Assembly: GCF_036588685.1 (NCBI RefSeq)
Contig: NC_086381.1
Coordinates: 44,268,001 to 44,332,000, forward strand
DNA length: 64,000 nt
Direction of reading: 5' to 3'
From: Mytilus trossulus
Taxonomy: Eukaryota
Shown here: positions 48,748-63,700 of the stretch, in pieces
Layout: each line of letters opens with the position of its first letter
How positions within the stretch are numbered: position 1 is the stretch's first letter
The notes under the pieces: model-generated
Database searches by the model: none
The model's input: the letters and a program-made list of their open reading frames with translations, nothing else
What the model was told of the DNA's origin: nothing
Translations under genes and position numbers: made by a program

Positions 48748-49227
48748 ATGGCATGTCAGTTAACTGCTAGTAGTCTGTTGTTATTTATGTATAATTGTCA
48801 TTTTGTTTATTTTCTTTGGTTACATCTTGTGACATCAGACTCGGACTTCTCTTGAATTGAATTTTAAATGTACGTATTGTTATGCGTTTTCTTTTTTACA
48901 TTGGCTAGATGTATAAGGGCAGGGTTGAGATCTTTATAAACATGTTTAACCCCGCTGCATTTTTGCGCCTGTCCCAAGATAGGAGCCTCTGGTCTTTGTT
49001 AGTCTTGTATTATTTTAATTTTAGTTTCTTCTGTACAATTTGTAAATTAGTATGACGTTCATTATCACTGAACTAGTATATATTTGTTTAGGGGCCAGCT
49101 GGAGGACGCCTCCGGGTGCGGAAATTTCTCGTTACATTGAAGACCTGTTGGTGACCTTCTGCTGTTGTTTTTTCTATGGTCGACTTGTTGTCTCTTTGAT
49201 ACATTCCCCATTTCCATTCTCAATTTT
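48748..49227 (+). mobile_element. Second copy of the PLE 3' region
   Basis: Direct, diverged repeat of ~47758-48247 beginning tggcatgtcagttaactgctagtagtc. Confidence 0.9.
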
Positions 49228-50319
49228 GATAGTAAATGTTGTGCTGTTGGTTGCCTGGGTCTGACTGCCATTTTTTTTCAGAAAATGCATGTACCAAGTG
49301 AGGAATATAATAGTAACTGTTGTTTTTCATTCCGTTGGTTTATATCGTCGAGCATTTGATTTTATCTGGTGTTAAGGACTTCTCCTTTTTTGAATTTGCC
49401 TTGCAGTTCTACATTTGTGTTTACTCTTTTTTTTTATAGTTCATAGTAAAATTGTAACATTCGTGTCGACATATAAATCAAACCGTCTTTCACTATTGGA
49501 TGTTGGATGTGTACAAACTGACATCTTAGTCTTAGTTGCATGATTTTTTTTTATCAGTTATTATTGGCGTTAAACCAGCTGGTAGTAACTGCGAATACTT
49601 AGTGTCTTTCTTTGGAGATGTATAACTTTGTGTTTTTGATAGATTTATTTCTATTTGAAATTATTTCAATCCTTTTTAACAGCATTTTATAGTTTGTTCT
49701 TATAATGTATTGTTGAACCATTTCCATAGGTAAGGGAAAGAGGTGAGCGCTCACAAACAGATTTGACCCCGCAACATTCTCTATGTGCCTGTCCCAAGTC
49801 AGGAGCATGTAGTTCAGTGTTTGTTGTTGGTTCGTGTCTGTTATATTGGTTTTTCGTAAACTGTTTTGTTATGAATTAGGATGTTGGTTTTCTCTTCTTT
49901 TTTTCTATATCAAATGTTTCATATTTTTAAAGCCGTCAATGTGGTATGTTTTTTTAATTATTATTTAAGGCCTTATGGCTGCGTTTAAATGCTTACATCC
50001 ACTCCATTTGAACTTTGGTGGATAGTTGTCTCATTTGGCAAATCATGCTACATCTCCTTATGTTGATAAAGTATTTTTTCTCAAAAGTCGTCAAAACACA
50101 TTGAGAGGAAATTTGATTTGTCTCAGTTCAAAGCATATTATTGGTGGAGATAATATAAACATGATAAGTGATTTCCTTGATCAGCTCCTACATCATAGAC
50201 TACTGGCGTGTCCTCGATCTATTAAAAAAACCCTTAGGTATTCAAGCTCTGACTTATTCACGGCCTATTTTATTTCATTACTTGCATGTGCGATTGTTTG
50301 GGTTTAGTAATTAGTTATC

Positions 50320-50720
50320 CGAGAGAGTTGGTATCGCTTTGTTTCATAAAAAAGAATGGCAAACGTAGATACAAGTATCTTGTCTTGGGGAGCGATAAAT
50401 ATTACTTTCTAAAGAATAACTCTTTTTCATACAAAATATTCTCCGAAACTGACATTATCAAGATGCTTGATGTCTTGATTGAACATATTTATAACGTTTG
50501 AAGGACGTGTTTTTCAACAAATTGTCGGCATTCCAATGGAAATCAATTTTGCCCCTCTACTTTCCAAATTGTTTCTTTATTATTATGAGGCTGACTTCAT
50601 ACAAAAACTTCTAAGGAAGAAAAGATAAGAATATAGCAATATCCTTTAACTTAACTTTCCGCTATATAAATGATGTTCTCTCACTTAATAATTCAAAATT
50701 TGATGACCATGTTGAACGCA
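50320..50720 (+). pseudogene. Degenerate Penelope-like RT fragment (different subfamily)
   Basis: FSETDIIKMLDVLIEHI, RVFQQIVGIPME.NFAPLL..LFLYYYEADF and FRYINDVLSLNN, with stops and frameshifts. Confidence 0.8.
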
Positions 50721-50832
50721 CGACGGGTGCCATATCTGGAGCCGGTTCTGCTTACCCTTCCGGACCACCTGAGTTCACCCTATTTTTTTTGTTGTGTTCT
50801 TATTGCTTAGTCTTTCGTTTTCTATGATAATT

Positions 50833-51965
50833 ATGGCGTTTATACAAAATTAAACCTGGTTTCTATGATGAGTTTATTTACACCCATTTGGTCGATGCCA
50901 CTGTTAGTTGAGTTTTAACACTTCTGTGCTGTCATGAATTATCATTTATATGGTAATATTTGTAAATTGACTGTTGACAAAACTTTTGAATTTTTGAAAA
51001 ACTAAAGCTTTTCTACCTTAGGAATGGATTACTTTAGCTGTATTTCGCAAAACCTAAAGGAATTTTGGTCCTCAATGTTCTGCAACTTCGTACTTTATTT
51101 GGCCTTTTTTTTAACCTCTTTGGATTCGAGCGCCACTGATGAGACTTTTGTAGACGAAACACGCGTATAGAGTAAATTCAAAATTTAATCATGGTATCTA
51201 TGATGACGGTTTATTTTACTATTATTTGTCTGTTTGTCTTTTTGTTTTTTAGCCATGGCGTTATCAGTTTATTTCAATTTATGTGTTTGACTGTCCCTCT
51301 GGTATCTTTCGCCTATCTTTCAGCAACAGTTTCATAATTTATAGAAAATATTTTTTCTAAAAAAAAAAAGATATTTTTATTTCTTAGAGAGATAACTTGA
51401 TTTTTTTTTATGTTAAGTGTAATATTATATGTGCAAGATTATATAGTAATTTTTGGTCCTCAGTGCTCTTCAAATTCGTACTTTATTTGGCCTTTTTATT
51501 AACTTTTTTTTATTCAAGCGTCACTGATGAGTCTTTTGAAGACGAAACGCGCGTCTGATTCAAGTACAAAACTTTAATCCTGGTATATATGAAGAGTTTA
51601 TTTACAAAAACTGGGCCAATGCCACTTCTAGTAGAGTTTTACCCCCGAGGGTATCACCAGCTCAGTAACCAACACTTTTGTGCTGACATGGATTATCATT
51701 CATATGGTCATTATTATAAATTAACTGTTAACACAACTTTGAATTTTTGATATACTAAGGCTTTTCTTCCTCGAGTACCTTAGCTCTAGATTTAATAGGC
51801 AAAACTTTTTGGAGTTTTTGGTCCTCAGTGATCTTCAACTTCGTACTTTAATTGGCCTTTTTAATTAGTTTTTTTATTCCAGCGTCACTGAATTGTCATT
51901 TGTAGACGAAACGCGCATCTGGCACACATACATAATTCCAATCCTGGAATATGCAATGAATTTAT
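50833..51965 (+). mobile_element. Hammerhead-containing ~360-390 bp repeats (non-LTR retrozyme-like)
   Basis: Related monomers at ~50833-51205 and ~51450-51965, with hammerhead cores at 51131, 51519 and 51883 (the last two are tandem, 364 nt apart). Confidence 0.8.
51519..51560 (+). ncRNA. Minimal type I hammerhead ribozyme
   Basis: gtca CTGATGA gtc-ttttgaa-gac GAAA cgcgcG TC tgat: intact core, stem II and palindromic stem III. Confidence 0.8.
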
Positions 51966-52624
51966 TTATAATAAAAAAAAATAGCATACATTTTTTTTGT
52001 GTCGGGATTTTGATGTATATAAGGAATTAGACACCTCTAAGATGATACTAGGACTGCTTCAAATTAACACATTAGAATGCATACAGCACACAATCATTGA
52101 TTAAATTTATAGTGTACTCATTTTGTAATTTCTTGTCTTAAACAGATGGTGTTGAGATGATTAAGTATAACGTTTTGCATGTTGGTGTAAATCACTCTAC
52201 ACATCAATATTAAGCATGCTTATTTTAGTTTAGTTTCTTCAGCCGAATATTTGAATTCAAACATCAATGTTGTTTATACTGAAGTGCAACATAATATAAC
52301 GGTCCATTGACCAATAAACTGCCAAAATAAATCTGTACCGGATGCACTAAATGTAGCTGAAAGCAATAATAGTCAAAGATGTCTTTATGCCAATGATAAG
52401 AATAATAATACATACATATACATATATAGTATCATTTCTTCCTCTGGTCATACGAGTAATTTTAAATGATTTTTACCTTTGAAGAGAATGGTAAATTTTC
52501 TTTGATAGAAATCCAATATTTGATTACCAAGTAGTTTATTCATATGGACATGTTCTACTGTTCGATATTATCAATGATAAGAGAACTGCTAACATAATTT
52601 AGCAATTACTGGATACAAATTCAT

Positions 52625-52945
52625 TCCCCGAGGTTTCACCAGCCCGGGAGTCGTAGTCAACATTTCGGTGTTGACATGAATATCAGTAATGCGGTTATTT
52701 TTATAAATTTCCTGTTTACAAAACTTTGAATTTTACGAAAAACTAAGGATTTTCTTATCCCAGGCATAGATTACCTTAGCCGTTTTTGGCACAACTTTTT
52801 GGAATTTTGGATCCTCAATGCTCGTCAACTTTGTACTTGTTTGGCTTTATACATATTTTGAAATGAGTGTCACTGACGAGTCGTATGTAGACGAAACGCG
52901 CGTCTGACGTACTAAATTATAATCCTGGTACCTTTGATAACTATC
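52625..52945 (+). mobile_element. Retrozyme-like monomer
   Basis: Homologous to the 51560-51960 monomer (ccccgagg.t.tcaccagc...tgacatg.at.at...aactttgaattt...actaagg...cctcaatgctc); ends with a hammerhead. Confidence 0.8.
52868..52909 (+). ncRNA. Minimal type I hammerhead ribozyme (best-preserved copy)
   Basis: tgtca CTGACGA gtc-gtatgta-gac GAAA cgcgc GTC tgacg; predicted cleavage after 52904. Confidence 0.85.
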
Positions 52946-53254
52946 ATTACCGTCAATACAAATACAGTTCACTTGTTTATGTTTACATTACATATTCAGG
53001 GAGTGACGAAACCAAGGAACAATAAAGAAAATGAGTCAAATAATAGTAGAAAACAATTTAAAAACGTAAAAAAGACAAACAATAACAAAACTTGTGATAA
53101 ACGCATGTGCTCCGGAAGGGTATGCAGTTATTTTTCCGAATTTGTCATAATTTAACGATTTTTGAAATTGTAAGTGATATATTAAGCATAACACAGTCTC
53201 ATTTATGCGATTCACAAAAGTATAACTGCTCTTTGTGAGGAAACACATCAATTC

Positions 53255-54350
53255 TATGCAATCTTTAATGACCTGGCATCGTAACTATATCCCTTTTTAA
53301 TAATTCTATTTAAAGGTTTTGTTAGTTTCTGAGGTGAATAGTGACATTTTTATGCTTTATAAAGAGTATTTCCAAAATAAATTGTTTGTGAAATACGTGA
53401 ACGCATAAGATGTCTGCATGTTGAGTTATATTTACGAATTATTTCCTTATACCGGTGATAAAATTTAGTAAATGTTGACCAGTTTGTGATATCGAAAACC
53501 CTGATGTAATAATTTTTCAGTAATACATAAATTTCTCTCGCTAAAATCTAATACGTTGTTACATACACGAGCGAATCTTACAAGTTAAGATATATAAACA
53601 CCATAAGATTGTGACACCATCTAAAAATGGATAATTAACAATAGGAAATGAAAAATCATCTCTTTTATTATAAGTTTTTGTATTAAGCTTCCCGTTAATG
53701 ATATAGATATCAAGATCGAGGAGAGGGTAGTGGTCATTGTTAGTATTAGCTTTATTTAAAGTAAGTTCAACAGGATAAATTTCTTTAGTATACATACTGA
53801 AGTCGTCATTATTGAGAGCCAATATATCATCCAAATATCTGAAAGTATTGTTCAATTTTTATATCAAATATTGTTTTGATGGGTCTATGCTAATTTTAGT
53901 CATAAATTGTAGCTCATAACAATACAAAAACAGGTCCACAATAAGTGTTGCACAGTTAGTCCACATTGGAGTTCCAATAACTTGTCGATATATATAGTAT
54001 CAAAGCATGTCCAATTGACATAGTTCTTTTGTTTATTGCTACTAAAAATGATCTAAAAGAGTTTGAACATATGTACTCGTATTCTGACTTTTTAAATGCC
54101 CAGTTAATATGTGATGTGATTTTTTTCTTAATAAAAATATGAGGCAAAGTGGTATATAGGGTAGAAAAATCAAAACTTTGAACAGATTCAAAGTCACCAA
54201 TATATGCATGCAATTTATCAAATACTTCCAACAAGTTTTTTACACTCCAAAAGTAATTAATTCAACAATTTGCAAAGGCCTTATTTGAACAATTTATTAT
54301 CAGATTTTTTATTGTTCCAAGTGTTTTGTAAGTAAAACAGACAATTTAGT
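53255..54350 (-). pseudogene. Penelope-like RT relic, same family as 46210-48247, inside an intron or upstream of the mucin-like gene
   Basis: ORF fragments 53956-54234 (DFSTLYTTLPH) and 53559-53855 (RYLDDILALNNDD) are near-identical to the 46435 ORF, with frameshifts. Confidence 0.9.
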
Positions 54351-54422
54351 AACAAAACAGTTGGGTAAGGACTACTAGCCACCACTACGCTTTATCTAAT
54401 GAGCTCAATTATCTTTTTTCAG

Positions 54423-54743
54423 AACTTTTCATCGCTGGAGAAGTTTTTTCTGAGCAGAGCCTATTGGAACCCCATTCGTCAGCTATCGACGAAAATTTAC
54501 TATCAGAAAAGGGAATTACAGGGACATCATTACAATCAAGTCAGCTATTTTCATCCTTTGCAAACAATGAAAATTTTGCTTCAATATCAGTGGACGGCAG
54601 TTATGGGTCCAAATCTTTGGCTATTGAGAAGACAAATGAAATCAAACACACCGATATAGTATTATCATCAATTATTGACAGCGTGGTTACAGTAGAAAAT
54701 AATAGCCTAGTTTTAAAAGAAGGAAATTCTGAACAATCACCAG
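54423..54743 (+). CDS. Internal coding exon (phase 1-1, 321 nt), probably of the mucin-like gene
   Basis: Acceptor atcttttttcag, open Ser/Glu-rich frame LFIAGEVFSEQSLLEPHSS...EGNSEQSP, donor CAG|GTACAG; phase-compatible with the exon at 57754. Confidence 0.6.
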
Positions 54744-56880
54744 GTACAGTCTTTCTCTTTTCTAGATCTTAAGTGCACGAGGATAGATGGTATAAATAAA
54801 CGCAAAAAAAAAAAACACAATGAGAGCTTAAAAAATGTGTAAATATGCAAATGATATTGAAACAAACAACCCAAGGTTGTGTAACCTTTGAAGACCTTGA
54901 CATCTGTTGCCTATAAGTATATAAAAAATAGTTGCTTTATCCCATATATTTTTTTTCACTTGAACAGAAGTGTTATCATCAAAATATAAAATATGTAGGA
55001 TTTGGTAAATGAACCATTACAACACAGTTCATAACAGGCAACAATGATATGTTCTGTTATATAGTGATAGCAAACACGTTTTCATACCGTAGCAAGCACT
55101 CTTCCTGTTTTCTTAATATAGTTAATATGTCTGATGTCGATCTTCGCTTCACAATCAGGGTCTCCTTTGAGGATGGGAATTAGGTTTATATTTATATTTA
55201 CATTTTAGTAACTATAAATTTCGCCATTTTAAACTGGCGTAAGAAACCAAGTAATATAAATCGTTGTCAGAAAAAAAAGTTTTGTTTTGTTTTCGACACT
55301 GTGAAAGGGAACGGAAACCCACCCTTTCCCAAATTTCTGAGCCTCCTACAGAAAAGTGATATTTCTGACATTGACCTAATATTAATATTGTATACAAGTT
55401 TATCTTTCAATGTATACATATTTCGAAATCAATACAGAAAAACAACTTCTGTCAACAATGCGTTGATGCGAAGCTATTGTAATCTCCTTAAATACATTTT
55501 CTATCAATTTTAACAAAATAAACTGCTAAAACCATCTGATTATTGTGTTTAATGCTAAAGTAAGTCATCTCTGCAATCTAGAAATAGAAGTATGTTTAAT
55601 GTTGATTATTTTAATAAATAGTTTCTATGATTTCGATTTTTGACAGGAAATCGGCAGTCAAGTCTTTGTCAATTGATACATCATGTAATATTACGTAGTA
55701 GCAGAGAGACATCTTTTACCCATTCGTCACACCTCGCTAAATCAATAATTTAGGATAGCGGAAACTTTCAATTTCTTGATGTTTCTTTTCCAAAGAAATG
55801 TATATTTGAATTTATAACACCTGAAAATGTGTAATAGCCCTGATAATTCATAAGCGTCCTGTTATTTTGTCAATAGCCCTGTTCAGTCATATTGACCGGG
55901 TATTACTGTCCTGTTATTTTGTAATGGACTAGTTTTGCTTTTAGTAATAAAGGGACAGTTTTATACACAATGCACTAAAATTGTTCACAAAGCCTGTTAA
56001 AGGCCGCTTTCAAACAAATTCAAATACAAATTGAGGTGAAAATATCGCTGAACCCTTTCATTTTTCAAGGAATAGTACACTAGTATTGAAATATACGAGT
56101 CCTTAATATTTTCTAATTAAAATAGCAAACAAATAAATTTGGCATAAACTCATTAACCAGATTCATGTTGCTGATATAAAGAAAACATTTTGGGAGTTCT
56201 ATTCTAGACCAAAGTCAAATACATATTTAAGTTGGTACTTCTCATAACGAAAATTTCGAAATCTGACACTTCAAGTAGAATAAACAATTTATCCTACTAA
56301 GGTAGTTGAAATTCTTAGTATATTTATCCAACTTCTGGTGCACCATCTATGACAACCTGACTCATTGTATAAACAAATGATTATATGTACAATATAATGG
56401 CATTGTACCTTAATATATCAGTATGAAGATAATTATATTACCCTTTTATTGCCATATATCAATGAAAAATGTGACATCTCTTACGTATTTTGTTATAATT
56501 ATATATCGAAATATCGTTATATCTATACATCATAATAAATTATTGACCGTCAATTAATGATCATACATTTGTTACACGATAACGTTAGGCACACCCACAG
56601 AGAACAGCTGGGTAAATTTTTTAAATGGGGAAACTTAAATGTTCCTTTAATTTCAAACGATAGTTTTTCGCTTGGCTAACATAATTTGATTCTTATATTA
56701 AATCAATAAAGGCGTATTTTTTATTAAATACATGATCATGTATGGTAATATGATGATCAGGTTTAACATATGTATTGCATCGATTAAAAATATTGAGTAT
56801 TGTAACCAAACAAGTTACAACTAAAGGTGTGTAAATCGATATTTGTCTACATCAACTTAATACTGACTAAGCATTCAGAA

Positions 56881-57250
56881 ATATAGGAAGATGTAGTATG
56901 AATGCCAATGAGATATTTCTCCAACCAAGTCACAATTTGTAAAAGTAACCCATTATAGGTCAAAGAATGGTCTTCAACACGGAGCCTTTGCGCACACCGA
57001 ACAGCAAACCATAATTAAAGGGCCCAAAAATTGAAAGGTGTAAACCATTTAAATGGGGAAATAAACGATTTAATCTAAATACAGAAAAACGACAAACAAG
57101 AAACACTTATGAAACACATCAACAAATTTCAAATACTGAGCATCAGATTCCTGACGTAGGACAGGAGCAAACAAATGCAGTGGAGTTAAAGGAGGTACAA
57201 ACCTTCACCCTTATCTGAAATAATAGTGTAACATCACAACATTAAAAGAC
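56881..57250. mobile_element. Interspersed repeat (ataggaagatgt.gtatga family)
   Basis: Reverse complement of 22178-22362 and 19228-19408. Confidence 0.75.
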
Positions 57251-57753
57251 AAACTAAAGAATAACAATTGTAATGGCTTATCTCAATCAAGAGACATATT
57301 GACACAAGTGTACATACAGTGAACGAGTAAATTTGATGCTTAGTCTTTGGTGTTCTATATTTAGTGTTCTATTTTGTGTTTTATGTATTTTTGTTTGTCG
57401 TTTGGATTTTTCTTTTTGAGCTATGACGTTGTCTTTTGATTTTTAACATATGAATTTGAATGTTCCTCTGGGTTCATTTGCCCCTCTTTCGAAATATTTT
57501 GGAGTGGTTTTAAGTTTTAGCGGTGAAAATTCGCATTTTGTCATGCGATAAATGCTGAAACAGGACATGGCCTCTTATAGGGAAAAAACCCCACACACCA
57601 TAAAATGATAATAAGTTATATTGAAATGTTAATACATAACAGCATTTTTCATGATTTTCTTCAAAATGAGTATATGGGTTGTAATTAAAAGATGAACATC
57701 AGTTATCATATAAGACACAACAGTCGGTTTATTTTCTGATTTGTTTATTTCAG

Positions 57754-60700
57754 TGGCAGCATCAACATCAGTACTTGATGGAAAGAATGAGAGCATACCT
57801 GCACCAAGACCAATGTCTCTACAACAGGAACAACATACATCAGCATCACAAGAAAGTTATTCCTCATCTGTTTCTACATCACAATCAGATACAAATACAC
57901 ATTCACAACTTTCCACAGCCAGTTCTATTCATTTGATACCTTATCCTACAGAAAACTCAGTTATCACTTACAATAGCTTGCTGCTTAACTCACATTCATT
58001 CAATACAATAACAGAAAATAACACATCTGCATTAAGAAAAACACAAAATTCAATAGATAATACTTTAAGTAATGTACAAACATCCTCAATTGCAGCTACA
58101 TATAATTCATCTTTACCCAATGAAGCATTTTCATCATTACTTACATCTTCATTGCACAATTTTGATACATCATCAACTATATCAACAGATAAATCACATT
58201 TTTTAAATTCAGTTTCTATTGACACATTTTTACCGACACAGCTTATTACTGACTCACTAACATCTACACTTGTTTTAATTGACACACCAATTCTAGATGA
58301 CACATTACTATTTAACTCATTGTCAAATGCTATACAAACATCACAACAAGTATCGAAATCCACATTAACACCTACCTCATTATTAAATAAATATTCATCA
58401 ACCACCTCATTGCTGAAGAACACAATTACATCAAAACCAGTTATATCATTAAACACATTATCTTCAAAGCCGTCCATAAATTCTACATCTACACCGATAT
58501 TAGAAACTACATTTTCATCATCACAGATCATACATTTGGATTTTACCCCAGCACTGACAACAGGTACTCCAATGGTTGTAACTGCCACCAAAGAAGCTTC
58601 ATCCGTCATGCATGTCCCTAATATATTTCAATCAGTGATAAGTTCAACGAGCAAAACTTCAACTGACATTAATATCTCGATAGAGAATTCAATGCTCACA
58701 AAACAAACTTCAACAGTGATGAGCTCCCTGTTAGAGTCTTCACTGGAATTGAATGAAACTGTAAATTCCTCACCACTGCTGATTTCCAACATAGAGTCTT
58801 CACTAGTACTGCATGATATAATACCGACTTCATCAGAAATGAGTTCAACGATTGAGTCTGCATTAATTGTGAATGATAAAATACAGAGTTTGACAGTGAC
58901 GAGTTCTATGACAGAGTCTTTATCAATGAAGAATAAATCGAGAGAGACTATACATGTGATTGCTTCCATGGTTGAGTCATTATTAGGGAACAGTACCACA
59001 ATACAGGTTTCCCCAGTGTGGAATCCAACAATAGGGTCGTTTTTAATAATGAATTCCACAATACAAACTTCACCAGGCATGAGTACCACGATAGAGTATT
59101 CGCCGTTGATGAATGATACATTACAGACTTCACCAGTGATGAATTCCGCTTTAAAGTCTTCATCATTGACAAATGCTACAATACATACTTTACCAGTGAT
59201 GAGTTCAACGATACTGTCATCAATAGTGATGAGTTTCAAGATACTGGCATCCCAAGCGCAAAGTACTGCAATAGAGTATTCGCAAATGATAAACAATACA
59301 AAACAGATTTCACAAGTGATGAGTTCCAATAGACAGTCTTCATCTGAGATGACTAATACAGTACATACTTTACCATTGATAGGTTCAACAAACCAATCAT
59401 CATCAGTACCAAATGCTACAATACAGCTTTTACCAGCGATGGGTTCCGAGATAGAGTCATCATTAGTGATGAATGATATAATACAAACTTCATCAGTGAT
59501 AAGTTCTACGAAGGAGTCATCAACAGTGATGAATGACATACTACAGACTTCATCAGCAATGAGTTCAACGATAGAATCATCATCAGTGATGAGTGATACA
59601 ATACAAACCTCAACAGGAATGAGTTCAACGATAGAAGCATCATCAATCATAAATAATATAATGCAGACTTCGCCAGTTTTAAGCTTTGCAATAGCGTCTT
59701 CGCAACAGATGAACGATACAAAACAGATTTCACTAGTGAAGAGTTCATCAGGGATGAGTTCAAAGATAAAGTCATTACCAATGATCAGTGATACAATATT
59801 GACTTCAACAGCAACGATAGATACATCATCAGTTATCAGTGATACATTATATACTTCACCAGTGATGAGTTCAACGACAGAGTCATTTTCAGTGATGAGT
59901 GAAACACTTCAGTCTTCACCAGTAATGGATTCACCAATTGAGTCAGTATTAGTTATGGGTGATATAATACAGACCTCATCAGTGCTGGGGTCCACAATAA
60001 AGTCATCATCAGTGATGAGTGATACAATACAGTCTTCAATAGCAATGGATTCATCGCTAACGTCATTTTCAGTGATGAGTGATACAATACAGACTTCACC
60101 ATTGATGAGTTCATCGATAGAGTCATCACTAGTTATGCGTGATACAATACAGTTTTCCCAAGTGACGGGTTCAACAAAAAAATCCCAAACAGTGATGAGT
60201 GATACGATACAGAGTTCGCCAGATATTGATTCACCGATACAGTTATCATCGTTTATGAGTGATATAATACATATCCCAACAGCAATGAGTTCATCGATAG
60301 AGTCATCATCAGTAATGATTGATTCAATTAAAACTTCAATCGCAATGGATTCATCGCTAACGTCACCATCAGTTTTGAGTGATACAATACAACCTTCACC
60401 ATTGATTGATTCATCTATAAAATCATCATCCGTGATAAATGATACACTTCAAACTTCACCTTTGACCAGTTCTTCTAAAGAGTCATCCTCTTTTATGAGT
60501 CATACAGAACAAACGTCAGCAGCAATGAGTTCAACGAAAGAGTCATCATCACTGATTAGGGATACAGGACAAACTTCAACAGCAATGAATTCCACAATAG
60601 AGTCTTCATCAGTGATAAGTGATTCAATACAGGCTTCAACATCAATGAATTTCTCGATAGAGTCATCATCAGCAGAAATGAGTGATACGAAAAAAACTTC

Positions 60701-63700
60701 AGTAGAAATGGATTCATCACTAACGTCATCTTCAGTGATGAGAGATACAATACAGACTTCATCATTTGTGAGTTCAACGATACAGTCATCATCGTTTATG
60801 AGTGACACAATACAGACTACAACAGCAGTGAGTTCTTCGATACAGTCATCATCAGTTATAAATGATACAATACAGAATTCACTAAAGATTGGTTCGACAA
60901 TAGAGTCATCATCGTTGATTAGTGATACAATACTGACTCCAACAGCAATGATTTCCTCGATAGATTCATCATTAGTTATGAGTGATACAATACAGACTAC
61001 AACAGCAGTGAGTTCTTCGATAGAGTCATCATCAGTTATGAATGATACAATACAGAATTCACCAAAGATTGGTTCGACAATAGAATCATCATCGTTGATT
61101 AGTGATACAATACTGACTCCAACAGCTATGATTTCCTCGATAGATTCATCATCCGTAATGAGTGATACAATTCAAACTTCAATAGCAATTGATTCATCGT
61201 TAACGTCATCATCAGTGATAAGTGATACACTTCAAATTTCAACAGTAATGAGGGTTACATTACAAACTTCAATAGCAATGGATTCATCGCTAACGTTATT
61301 ATCAGTGAATTCACAATTGATGAGTTCAACAAAAGAGTCATCATCAGTGATGAGTGATTTAATAAAGTCTTCACTAGAGATGGTTTCACCAAGAGAGTCA
61401 TCAGTTATGAATTCTACAATTAAAACTTCATCATTAATGGATTCATCATTAAAGTCATCATCAGTGAAGACAGATACACTTCAAACTTCTACAGCAATAA
61501 GCTCCACGATAGATTCATCATCAGTATTGATTTATACATTTCAAACTGCACTTGTAACGGATTTATCGAAACCGTCATCTACAGTGATGAGTGATACAAT
61601 TCTGATTTCACCAGTGATAAGTTCAGAGATAAAGTCATCATCAGTAATTAGTGATACAATTCAAACTGAACTTGTAACGGATTCATCGAAACCGTCATAT
61701 ACAGTGAGGAGTGATACAGAACACACTTCACTAGTAATAGATTCATCGGTAACGTCATCACCAATAATTAGTGATACAATACAGACTTCACCATTGATGA
61801 GTTCAACGATAGAATTATCATCACTGATGAGTGACACAATTCTGATTTCACCAGTGATAAGTTCAGAGATAGAGTTATTATCAGTGGTAAGTGATACAAT
61901 ACAGTCTTCACCCGTGATAGGGTCAACAATAAGGTCATCATCAGTTATGAATGTTACAATACAGAATGCATCAGTGCTGGGGTCCACGATAAAGTCATCA
62001 TCAAAGATGAGTGATACAATAAAAACTTTATCAGTTATTGATTCATCTATCAAGTCATCATCAGTTATAAGTGATACAATACAGTCTTCACCAGTGAAGG
62101 GTTTAACAATAGAGTCATCATCAGTTATGAGTGATACAATTCAGACTATACAAGAGATTAGTTCGACGATAAAGTCATCATCGTTGATGAGTGATACAAT
62201 ACAGACTCCAACAGCAATGATTTCCTCGATACAGTCATCATCAGTGATGAGTGATAAAATACAAATTCCACCATTAATGGATTCATCTATCAAGTCATCA
62301 TTAGTGATGAGTAATACACTTCAAACTTCTCCAGTAACGGATTCAACAATACAAACTTCACCAGAGATGAGTTCAGCGATAGAGTCGTCATCGGTGACTA
62401 ATAATACAAGACAGACTTCTGCAATGCTGGATTCCACGATGGAGTCATCATCAGTTATGAGTTATACAATACAAACTTCATCATTAATGGATTCATCAAT
62501 AAAGACATTACCAGTGATGACTGATACAATACAAGCTTCAACAGCAATAAGTTCCAGTATAGATTCATCATTACTTATGAGTGATACAATACAGACTTCA
62601 CCAGAGATGAGTTCAACAATAGAGTCGCCATCAGTGAATAGAGATACAAGACAGACTTCATCAGAGATGAGCACAACGATCGAGTCATCATCAGTAATGA
62701 GTGATACAGTAAAAACTTCAATAGCAATGAATTCATCTTTAACGTCATCATCAGTGATGAGTTATACAATACAAACTTTACCATTGATTAGTTCAACAAT
62801 GGAGTCATCATCAGCAATGAGTGAAACAAAACAGACTCCAACAGCAATGCATTCCTCGATAGAGTCATCATCAGTAATAAGTGATACAATACAAACTTCA
62901 ATAGAAATTGATTCATCTCTAACGTCATTATCCTTGTTGAGTGATACAATACAAACTTTACCATTGATGAGTTTAAAAATAGAGTCATCATCAGTAATGA
63001 GTGAAACAATAAAAACTTCACCATTAATTGCTTCATCTTTAACGTCATCACCAGTGATGATTGGTATACTTCAAACCTCACCAATGATGAGTTCCACTAT
63101 GGAGTCAACATCAGTGAAGAGTGATACAAAACAGTCCTCACCAGCAATGAGTTCTACGATAGAGTCATCACCAGAAATAAGTGATACAATGCAATCTTCA
63201 CGAGTAATTGATTCATCTATCAAGTCACCATCAGTGATGAATGATTCAATACAGGCTTCAACAGCAATCAGTTCCACCATAGATTCATCATTAGTAATAA
63301 GTGATACATTACAAACTGCACCAGTAATGTATTCATCGAAAACGTTCTCATCACTTATGAGTGATACAATACAATTTTCAACAGCATTGAGTTCAACATT
63401 AGAGTCATCACCAGTGATAAGTGATACATTTCAAACTTCACCAGCAATGGATCCATCGGTATCGTCATCATTAATTATTAGTGATACAATACAGACTTTT
63501 CCATTGGTGAGTTCAACGATAGACTCCTCATCTATAAGCAGTGATATAATTCAGACTCCACCAGTGTTAGGTTCAACGACAGAGTCTTTATCTGTGATGG
63601 ATTCATCTATAGTGTCATCATCAATGATGAGTGATACAATACAGTCTTCACCAGTGAAGGGTTTAACATTAGAGTCATCATCAGTTATGAGTGATACAAT

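Noticed and set aside
52146-52310. Candidate upstream exon of the mucin-like gene after tcttaaacag
   Set aside because: All frames hit stops quickly and no convincing donor was found.
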